A stretch of DNA of 44,483 nt from Fimbriimonadales bacterium (GTDB lineage Bacteria > Armatimonadota > Fimbriimonadia > Fimbriimonadales > ATM1), in contig JBPCLO010000023.1 in assembly GCA_051003155.1 (NCBI GenBank), positions 1 through 44,483 of the forward strand. Reading direction: 5' to 3'. The notes below the pieces were generated by a model that saw only the letters and a list, made by a program, of their open reading frames with translations, did not search any database and had not been told where the DNA came from. Position 1 is the stretch's first letter; every line of letters starts with the position of its first letter. Of this stretch, positions 30,954-38,765 are shown piece after piece. A program made the translations under genes and the position numbers.

Positions 30954-31786
30954 CCCAAGAGATGTTCCCGTTCGGACTGCCGCGGTACCTTTGCGAGCAT
31001 TCCCTCACAAACCTGACATTGTTGTAGGCACATTTCCTCACGAGGTTCGGCGCTGTAGGGATTGGCCACTTGGTGTTCAGTCTGTGCCGTAGCAAGGGCA
31101 ACCTCGCAAGGCAGACCCTGGATCGGCAAGCTATTGTGCGCATTGTTCATGAGCTCGAAAGCGTGAACGTCAAAGGTGCAGGGAGACGAAGGCATTTGGA
31201 GATATTGAACGACAACGTTACGGTCGAATTGGGATGTTTCGTACCCGTCGACCAAATCTTCATGCTCCCACCTAGTTCCTGAAATTGATTTGGCGTAGGT
31301 AGGTAGCAAAAGTTCTGCGCCGACTGCATAGCCGAACCAATTTGAAACTGGCTGCTGGCACATCCAACCTATTCCGACGTTGCTCGGTGGCCTTAGAGAC
31401 GCCAAGCGCCCAACGACCTTTGGAAGAGCAGGGCCGTTAATAACTATCCAAGATTCCTTCCAGTTCCGTGAAAACTCGTCGATAACTTCAATAACACCGA
31501 TGGTAATTGCATCGCCAATCGCCCGCTCAACCGATTCTGACACAATTCGTTTTCGGTCGTTTTCGACTCCGCCAAGCACGCCGCGGGTCTCGGAGGATCC
31601 AAACTTTGCAATGGAAAAGTCGCGCCCCGACGGCAATTGAATTCTCCAGGTTCGCGGCCTCCGCAAAAAACCCTTTCCAGATTCGCCATCTCTCCAGCAA
31701 TAGGCGAAACTTAGCCCGACAGTTTTGTTAGCGTCGACACCGTCTTCGTCAATATGCAACTTGTGGGCCACACCGCAAACTATCAT
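30923..31786 (-). CDS. Hypothetical protein, possibly a degenerate NurA/RNase H-like fold
   Basis: 287-aa ORF starting 1 nt after the HD gene stop and overlapping the next gene; fold guess is weak. Confidence 0.65.
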   Translation of the reverse strand: MIVCGVAHKLHIDEDGVDANKTVGLSFAYCWRDGESGKGFLRRPRTWRIQLPSGRDFSIAKFGSSETRGVLGGVENDRKRIVSESVERAIGDAITIGVIEVIDEFSRNWKESWIVINGPALPKVVGRLASLRPPSNVGIGWMCQQPVSNWFGYAVGAELLLPTYAKSISGTRWEHEDLVDGYETSQFDRNVVVQYLQMPSSPCTFDVHAFELMNNAHNSLPIQGLPCEVALATAQTEHQVANPYSAEPREEMCLQQCQVCEGMLAKVPRQSEREHLLGWDIVWKNRS

Positions 31787-31787
31787 T

Positions 31788-33407
31788 TCAAAAGTTATTT
31801 AACCACTCGACATCAACGCCTGAGTCTCTCAATGTTGTCCAGACAATATTCCAAATGTAAGCGGACTTCGCGGTTTTTCCTCCTGGGGCGATAACGACTA
31901 TTCGTCCGGCCGGATTCTCTAAAGACTTGACTGCTTCGTCAGTGAGCGGCACTGTTGCCTGGCTGCCTGGACCCCACGACTCTGCTTGTCCAGCTGGAAC
32001 TAAAGTCGTGTTGTCGGTCACCACACGGTTGGTGTGCCGCTTCCATTTTCGAGGCGCAGCTAAAACCTTCGGTATCGTGGTAATGTCAAGTAAGACTTGC
32101 GTGCAGTACCTGTGTTGAACAGGGCGCAAGGCTTCGCGGACTTTGCGGCTCTCGTTCCTATTAAAAAGAATTGGCGTCTCCACGATTGCCTCGCTGGCCA
32201 GGTTGCTTAGAGTCTTGTCCCCCTTTTTAAGACTGGTCAAAGTTTCAAAACCTGCACGCAAGAAACTGCTCGACTCCTCATCTATGCGTGCATGAGCATC
32301 CAAATTCTCAAGCATCTTCTGGAGAACTGCATATTCGAGGTCTTCCGAACCAGCACTCTCGTCTTGCAATTTATTCAGGATAAGGTGCGCTGCGTCAAAC
32401 TTGCACGAAACCACATCGATTCCTCGCGCAGAAGAAGCAGGAATTTGGGATTCCATTGATGCCGGTAGCTGGGATCTATCGGAAAACTGACTACTCATAA
32501 CGGCCCGAATCATAAAGGCGAGAATAATTTCAAATGCAATGCGTTCCGCTACACGTAATTCGGGGGAGAAATAAAAACGGTCATAGAGGAAGATCCGCTC
32601 TCGCCATAATTCCGCTGCTGCCCGCGCGCTTCGTCCATCGAGACAAAGCATGCCGCTATGGTTTACTCTCTGGTTGCTAACAAATTCGGATAGAAATTTA
32701 TGGTCTGTGAGACGAGTCCTAACTGCAAAACTGCTCTTTGCTAACCATGAACCATCGAAGCGGATGTAGTGCAATTTATCAGCATCAATTGAGGAGTTCA
32801 CAATAGCCTGCAACCAGCGCGCTCCAAACGTTCCATTTATCAGATTCCGTGTAATGTTTTTTGCATCTACAGGGCTCCTTTGCATTCTGTCGCCCAAGTG
32901 GTCCCAGGTGTCGTTCATGTACTCCATGTCGAATCGCTTTTCGAGCACGGATTCTTCCAGTGTCTGTTGCGGATAACCTGGGAGCCAGCTGATTGAGCGA
33001 AGGACCTCTTCCACTAAGTGTGAGAACGGCAGGTGGCCGAAGTCATGCAGATACAGTGCGTATCCCGTGAGCCACTCCACAGATTGCCGATCGGCTATCG
33101 GCCCTCTCAGATGAGTATTATGGATAAGGTCCCTGTCAAATAGGCTGTTTAACCACGCCAGCCCGACACTGGCGACCCCTTTGCTATGAATCCATCGGTT
33201 ATGCCCCAACACGTCGGTGTTAAGCCAAAGCTCCTTAAGTCCAAGCTGAGAGATTGCGGACAGAGTGTCGGAGATGTTCCTGCTAAGCCTGAAATTATCA
33301 CTACTGCTCCGGGGAAACCGTGAATACCGTGGGCAATCCTCAATTTTCCATTCGTCGGGATCGGCAAGCCTTAAGTCACCCGCTTGGAGTGTACCACCTG
33401 GGCTCAT
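31788..33407 (-). CDS. HD-domain phosphohydrolase, SAMHD1/dNTP triphosphohydrolase-like
   Basis: ISQLG, HNRWIHSKGV, LHDFGHLPFSH and IDADKL motifs; ATGA-coupled to the SIR2 gene. Confidence 0.85.
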   Translation of the reverse strand: MSPGGTLQAGDLRLADPDEWKIEDCPRYSRFPRSSSDNFRLSRNISDTLSAISQLGLKELWLNTDVLGHNRWIHSKGVASVGLAWLNSLFDRDLIHNTHLRGPIADRQSVEWLTGYALYLHDFGHLPFSHLVEEVLRSISWLPGYPQQTLEESVLEKRFDMEYMNDTWDHLGDRMQRSPVDAKNITRNLINGTFGARWLQAIVNSSIDADKLHYIRFDGSWLAKSSFAVRTRLTDHKFLSEFVSNQRVNHSGMLCLDGRSARAAAELWRERIFLYDRFYFSPELRVAERIAFEIILAFMIRAVMSSQFSDRSQLPASMESQIPASSARGIDVVSCKFDAAHLILNKLQDESAGSEDLEYAVLQKMLENLDAHARIDEESSSFLRAGFETLTSLKKGDKTLSNLASEAIVETPILFNRNESRKVREALRPVQHRYCTQVLLDITTIPKVLAAPRKWKRHTNRVVTDNTTLVPAGQAESWGPGSQATVPLTDEAVKSLENPAGRIVVIAPGGKTAKSAYIWNIVWTTLRDSGVDVEWLNNF

Positions 33408-34483
33408 TCCATCCATCCGCCCAGTTGAGTGCAGAAAGTATCGGCCGCCTCCTCAATTCTATAGTATGCGGGACCTTCGGCTTCGGCTACGTTATTCCCG
33501 TTAAAACTGGGAATTTCTCGGTAGTGGGCCTGCCGGAAGCCATCGATGAGCTCACTAGTTTCATCAGGGGGTTTGCAGTCCACGACAGGAATGCCTTCGT
33601 CTATCGCAAGGTCAAAAATGAACCGAAGCAGATACTCGTCCCAACGGCCACTGATTCCAACCAGAATGATTGCAGAAATGCGCGAGTGATATAGCTCAGC
33701 GATCGCGGTGAGAAGTGGGCGCGCCAGGTCCTCCTTTACTCGGTCGCCGGGAAACGAAATATCGAGGCGCGTTTTGCTCTTGCAAAGAGGGCAACTGAGC
33801 GCGTCCTCTGTAGTGAATTCCTTCGCCCGCTCAACTGGAATTGGGCTCGCGGAAAGGGGGCATGAAGGGTTTATGCATTTTAGGAAAAATACGTCACCAC
33901 GAATCTTGATGACCGCAGGCAAAAGGTCTCCTGACGTGGAGCAAAAATACTGGATGAGTTCTTCATGGGAGTGGAGACTCACCGCACTGCCCTTTTTCAA
34001 AAGCGCTTGGTGTGTTAGTCCATCAAAGTTCAGGCTGACCGCTAGTGCGCTCCGAGAAAAGAGCATTTTAGCTATCTCCCGGTGAGCTGCGGTCGGGCTG
34101 GCGTGGTATATACCTTTGTATTGTACGCTTCCTATCTTCATTTGCCCTAAAACGAATGCATTTGAAAAAGCTTCCCAAGCATCTGTAATGGACGCCTCGG
34201 TTCCGGCCTGCATCCGCACGAAGAACTCGGCGGCATCCCGTCGCCGCGTCCCCGCGCCTGCGATTGACTTGCTGAGGGCGATCAGGTCATCCGGGAACTC
34301 TGGTTTGCCTGAAAAGTACTCTAAAAACCAAGTACCGATTTCTCGGAAGAGAGGGACCGTTCCGTGTGAAACACCTGCTCCTAACAGTAGAAGCGGAATC
34401 TTGCCCAAATCAGCTCCGAGCAGCAAGCGCCCCTTAAGACTGGCAGCTGCGCCGCCATCCACCAACGTCGGTTGGATCGCCAT
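33404..34483 (-). CDS. SIR2/sirtuin-like protein with Zn ribbon
   Basis: LLGAGVS, PTAAH, SLNFDGL, KIRGD, CINPSC...CPLC and LVGIS motifs. Confidence 0.85.
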   Translation of the reverse strand: MAIQPTLVDGGAAASLKGRLLLGADLGKIPLLLLGAGVSHGTVPLFREIGTWFLEYFSGKPEFPDDLIALSKSIAGAGTRRRDAAEFFVRMQAGTEASITDAWEAFSNAFVLGQMKIGSVQYKGIYHASPTAAHREIAKMLFSRSALAVSLNFDGLTHQALLKKGSAVSLHSHEELIQYFCSTSGDLLPAVIKIRGDVFFLKCINPSCPLSASPIPVERAKEFTTEDALSCPLCKSKTRLDISFPGDRVKEDLARPLLTAIAELYHSRISAIILVGISGRWDEYLLRFIFDLAIDEGIPVVDCKPPDETSELIDGFRQAHYREIPSFNGNNVAEAEGPAYYRIEEAADTFCTQLGGWME

Positions 34484-34857
34484 GGTCTTTCAAATGGTAC
34501 CCAAATCCAAGTTGCATCGGTGCGGTATAGCAATGAATAACAATACCGAGCTACACGCCGTATCTTGACAGGTCGAGAACGGACTACTATCCACAATAGC
34601 TTGGTGGAGAACGATGCTGCCTAATTCGCATACTCGCCGAACTCTTACGCTTGAGGGGAAACACGACTCCATAGTGAGAGTCATCATCGCCGAGACGATC
34701 TAAGACCTGCCATGGGCTTTCGGTCATGGCCGGGCCGTGAGAACGGGCGAGCCCCATTGTGGCAAGCGTCGGCGACTAACGCGCCGTTACCAGAGTCAAG
34801 CAGACCGCACCTCAGGCAAGTTCAGCTTGTCTTGCTCACTGATCCCTTGACGCAATA

Positions 34858-34881
34858 GCGAGGGCACCATGAAGGGCACCA
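34858..34881 (+). repeat. 24-bp direct repeat, copy 1 (putative integrase arm site)
   Basis: GCGAGGGCACCATGAAGGGCACCA, containing tandem AGGGCACCA; identical to 35079-35102. Confidence 0.9.
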
Positions 34882-34941
34882 AAAGCGTATTAAGGAGCTT
34901 GCGATCTACTGTTTTATGGCGCCGAATCGGGTTCAAATAGA

Positions 34942-34992
34942 TGGTGGAGGTAAGGGGACTCGAACCCCTGACATCCTGCTTGCAAAGCAGGC
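34942..34992 (-). other. 3' fragment of tRNA-Ala(UGC), putative att core; not an intact tRNA
   Basis: Minus strand reads GCCTGCTTTGCAAGCAGGATGTCAGGGGTTCGAGTCCCCTTACCTCCACCA (anticodon arm, T-arm, CCA); no canonical D-arm upstream. Confidence 0.85.
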
Positions 34993-35078
34993 CAGGAGTG
35001 TTCTCAGCTGTTCTAAATCGCCCCCTTCGATGCTAAATGATGGAGCAGTTCATCCTCGTTGTTCCTAGTTGTTGACCC

Positions 35079-35102
35079 GCGAGGGCACCATGAAGGGCAC
35101 CA
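35079..35102 (+). repeat. 24-bp direct repeat, copy 2 (putative integrase arm site)
   Basis: Identical to 34858-34881. Confidence 0.9.
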
Positions 35103-35487
35103 CATCCAGAGGACAGATTAATGTTCGCCCCCCTCTCGGCGATACTCCATGACGACGTGCTGAGACCACGCAGCCGGATTAATACCGAAATAGCGGCCAA
35201 CAACTCGGGCGCGAAAGCCTGCTGTGAGCTCGACTTCTGTCGAGTCTTCGGTCAGAGTTTCCCGCAAACCGCCCGTTTGGACTGCTCGCTCGTAAGTTAC
35301 GGATGCGCGACGCGAAAGGAAACGAACTCGGAAATTCGCCTGACCCGGAACGCAGTATAGAAGGTGAAAGTCATGGAACGGCCAAACATCGGGCCAACCG
35401 AAACTGACGTAAGTCCGGAAGGGAGCGAGGCTGATCCATCCCTCGTCTCCACCACTTGCTGAAGTCCACTCCGTATACTGACGAATC

Positions 35488-35742
35488 ATGTACGAATACC
35501 TCATGGTGCAGGTACCGCCCAACGTCACCGTCAAGGCGGGTGCCACACAAGGAGCAGCCGCAACATACCTTCAAGGCGTCGTCGATAGTCATTCCAGCAA
35601 AGGCTGGGAGTTCTATAGCGTCGAGAGCATTGGGATACTAGAGGAGCCGGGCTGCGGCTGCTTGGCTGGACTGCTTAACTGGAAACCCCAGCTGACCGAA
35701 ACCTACGTCATCGTATTTCGGAAAGACAAATTGAAGATCTAG
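35488..35742 (+). CDS. DUF4177-like small protein
   Basis: YEY..V N-terminus, GWEF motif and C-terminal IVFRK. Confidence 0.7.
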   Translation: MYEYLMVQVPPNVTVKAGATQGAAATYLQGVVDSHSSKGWEFYSVESIGILEEPGCGCLAGLLNWKPQLTETYVIVFRKDKLKI

Positions 35743-35823
35743 TCACGCCTAACCAAGCGGGAGTTATGCGGATTCGGGAGAAGGGTTTGCAGCGAAAGGG
35801 CACGCCATCGGGTCCATCGAGAC

Positions 35824-36476
35824 TCACCGCTGTAGCCCGCTTTGAAACAGGCGACACGTCGAAGTGCCGGGAGGAGGGCCGTCTGGCGGGCCAGGCAACG
35901 GCTGATCGGCTGGAAAACGACGGTATCCCGGGTGCTTTGAAAACACACGGGCTAGGTCCTTGTCCTGCACCTCACTTTCGAGAGTGGAAAATACGCGAAG
36001 GGGACTGAACGGTGCCCGAATTGCATCGAGCTGACGCGCGACCTGGGGGTACTCCATGACAGGCAGTTCATCGCGAATGTGCGGATGTTTGCGAAGAAGG
36101 TCTTCTAAATGGGCATCCGCAAGGAAGCCCGCCTTCAAGCCAAGGGCTGTTGCAGCCGCGCGAATCTCGGCGTGGAGTTGCTCGCGGAGAGGTGTTGGAG
36201 TCACGAATACCCACTGTGTGAACGCGTATCCGGGCTTGGCTACCAAGCGAGCAGCCTTTGCGAGATCGCCTAACGCCTTGCGTCGGTAGTCAGCCGTATT
36301 GGGCTTCTCAGGGCAATAAATGGCGTAAAGGATTCCTTGGCGGGGTCGTATCCGTCGTTCCCGCGGTCGCCTCCGCTGTCGTCCGGTATGTGAAAGTCCG
36401 CGCCCCGTTCCGCCAGCATGAGGCGATGTACCAGGGTTTGGAACATATTGGCATCCCGGATATCAGCTATTTTCAT
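35824..36476 (-). pseudogene. Frameshifted restriction-endonuclease-fold (Mrr-like/ABC-3C effector-like) gene
   Basis: FQTLV...DDSGGDRGNDGYD, then after a shift near 36335 ILYAIYCPEK...DLAKA...WVFVTP...LLRKHPHI. Confidence 0.65.
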
Positions 36477-37072
36477 GTCAAGTTTCCAGGCAAATTGATT
36501 GTCATTCCAATACAAGCTGTATCGGACCAGGAGCGCTGATATAAAACGCTCTACAAGGACCTAGATCTCGTCTGAGTCTAACCTGATCTACCCGCCGGTT
36601 TCTCGGAACGAACGATATGCGGGAGTTTTGCGCCGCCGTCCGACTTGGATCGACGTTCACCCTATCGCAGCCTCCCCGCTATGCGGGTCCCATCCCTGAC
36701 GGGCCACCGCGAACCACGATGAACGAATGATCCTTCGCCTGTCGGGGTGTTTAAACCTGCACGCTCGACGCCGGACGAACACTCCGACTTGATCGGTCTC
36801 CGCCCAAGGTGAAAGCACTCCGCCGGACGGGTGCCTGACCGCAGCCCATTCCGCTTCGCTCTGACGGCTGCCGTCGGGCGCTTCCCACCTAGGTGCCCAT
36901 CGTTCCGCGCTCCGGATTCGACCGGCAGCTTCGCTGGTTGGGGGCCCTCTTTTGACTCCCTGCCAACGGACCGCCGGTTCCAAAAGCATCCAGAGCCTGA
37001 AGCTGTCACAATCGGCTTGTACGATGCTGAACGCAGTAGAGATCGCGTGCGAAGAACGCTCCAGGAGCGCCC

Positions 37073-38263
37073 TTGGCTAGAGCCACGTCGAACGAGGCAC
37101 AAGCTGCCACCGCTCCTGGCCAGATGCTGGGATACGGTCTGCAATACACCCGTTTAACCGCCATGCTTCTCACTGCGCCGGAAGGGGCCATGTGCAGTGT
37201 CGAGGTTCTCGACGATGTTGCGGAGGAATCTGGCGACGGATCAACCATACTTGTGCAAACGAAGAGCGCCCTGACTTCAAACCCCGTGTCAGACCGTGCC
37301 ACTCCATTATGGAAAACACTTGCCATATGGTGTCGTCAGATCGCAGCGAACTCAATAGACCCAACAGTAACCACATTCGAAATCTATGTTTCCCGACCCG
37401 TCTCCGGACAGGTTATCGATAGCTTCTCGGCAGCTAAGGATGAAATCTCTGCCCAAACGGCAATAGCCACAGCGAGAGAAGAGCTCTACGGCAAAGACTC
37501 CGACGCTCTTCCTACTGATCTAAAGAAATACACGGATTTGGTCTTTAAGACTGAGAAGCTGGCTATCCTCGTTGAAAAACTGTCTCTGGTCTGCGGTTCG
37601 GGTAATCCGCAAACAGAAGTCGAACAGATCATCAGAGGGCATCCGGTCACACAGTCACTGGTTAAAGACATAGCCGATCATATGTGTGGATGGGTGAAGC
37701 GGCGCGTGGACGACCTCCTTGCAACGGAAGCGCCCGCCGTCATTGCTAGATCCGAATTCCTAACCGCATACACTTCGTTTTGCCATCGACTTGACAGGCA
37801 ATTGATCCTCATCGCGGCGTCCCAATCGATGCCTCGCGCCGCATTAGAAGGTGAGGTGAACAGCGAGCCTAATTACATTCGCCAACTACGTCTTGTTAAG
37901 CTTGACTTTGATCAGCTCCTTTCTGCCGTCAACGACTATCTACGAGCAAGCATAGACAGGACCATCTGGGCTAGGACCGGCGAGGTGGACGAAGCATCGT
38001 TTGACGAGTTGGATGAGACATTGCTTAGAACGTGGCGAAATGAACGCGATCGGCATGAGATACTTGCCAAAAACGTCGAGCCACCAGACCGTGGAAGGTT
38101 GCTCTACTTCGAATGCATGAGATTCCAGACTCTAGTTCAGGGGATGCAGGCGCCTTCGCATTTTCTTCCAGGCTGTTTCCAAAGCCTCGCGGACGACGCG
38201 GCGATTGGCTGGCATCCTGATTACCTCGACCTATTGTCAGAGTCTAAGGGGGATTCCAGTTGA
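37073..38263 (+). CDS. lmuA: Lamassu/ABC-3C effector: Cap4-like PD-(D/E)XK endonuclease plus C-terminal domain
   Basis: GQMLGYGLQ, EVLDDV, LVQTKS, LWKTL and C-terminal GCFQSLAD...IGWHPDY motifs. Confidence 0.82.
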   Translation: MARATSNEAQAATAPGQMLGYGLQYTRLTAMLLTAPEGAMCSVEVLDDVAEESGDGSTILVQTKSALTSNPVSDRATPLWKTLAIWCRQIAANSIDPTVTTFEIYVSRPVSGQVIDSFSAAKDEISAQTAIATAREELYGKDSDALPTDLKKYTDLVFKTEKLAILVEKLSLVCGSGNPQTEVEQIIRGHPVTQSLVKDIADHMCGWVKRRVDDLLATEAPAVIARSEFLTAYTSFCHRLDRQLILIAASQSMPRAALEGEVNSEPNYIRQLRLVKLDFDQLLSAVNDYLRASIDRTIWARTGEVDEASFDELDETLLRTWRNERDRHEILAKNVEPPDRGRLLYFECMRFQTLVQGMQAPSHFLPGCFQSLADDAAIGWHPDYLDLLSESKGDSS

Positions 38264-38763
38264 CTATTCTGGCCAGGGAGGTGCGCAACGTCCAGAATCC
38301 CGCTCTTGGTGCTCTGCTGATCTGGAGGTTCGCCTGTGCATATAGGGAAGCCCACCAGACCAAAGATGCGGCTCCGATTACGCTGGCCTACTTAGTTTTG
38401 CCCTTGCTTTTGCATGAGCAAAGTCAAAGTGCGGTGCGTAGTACGTTGGCGGCGTCAGGTCTTCGTGCCGCCATCGCGAAGTTTTCAGAGAGCAAGAATC
38501 CACGGCAAGACCTTCTCATCGCCTTGCACAATCGAGCCCTGCGTCTAAGGGCGTTGACCACATCGTCACTCGGCATTGCGGTAGCAAAGAGTCTGGTATC
38601 TTTAGATGCGCAGGCCCGAATCACGGCCCTCTCAACTACGCCAGCAAGAGCAACACTTTCGGCCGACGTTCAGAAACTCGCAACTGACTCGGAGAAATTC
38701 GGCCGATGGTGTGCGGAGCTATCCTTGCACGAGGTGAGCGCAGCGCTGAAGGTGAGATTCTAG
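38260..38763 (+). CDS. lmuC: ABC three-component system middle component
   Basis: QNPALGA and LVLPLLLH motifs; 4-nt overlap with the effector gene; position between effector and ATPase. Confidence 0.82.
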   Translation: MTILAREVRNVQNPALGALLIWRFACAYREAHQTKDAAPITLAYLVLPLLLHEQSQSAVRSTLAASGLRAAIAKFSESKNPRQDLLIALHNRALRLRALTTSSLGIAVAKSLVSLDAQARITALSTTPARATLSADVQKLATDSEKFGRWCAELSLHEVSAALKVRF

Positions 38764-38765
38764 TC

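Noticed and set aside
34942..35025. Intact tRNA-Ala gene
   Set aside because: The 5' side lacks a canonical D-arm and is too long, and the acceptor stem pairs imperfectly; treated as an att core fragment
35118..35546. 142-aa minus-strand ORF
   Set aside because: Overlaps the more plausible DUF4177-like gene and has no recognisable motif or clear RBS; left uncalled
36540..37070. Possible ncRNA (for example a retron msr-msd) upstream of Lamassu
   Set aside because: No reverse transcriptase in the window and no convincing long inverted repeat; ORFs here look spurious
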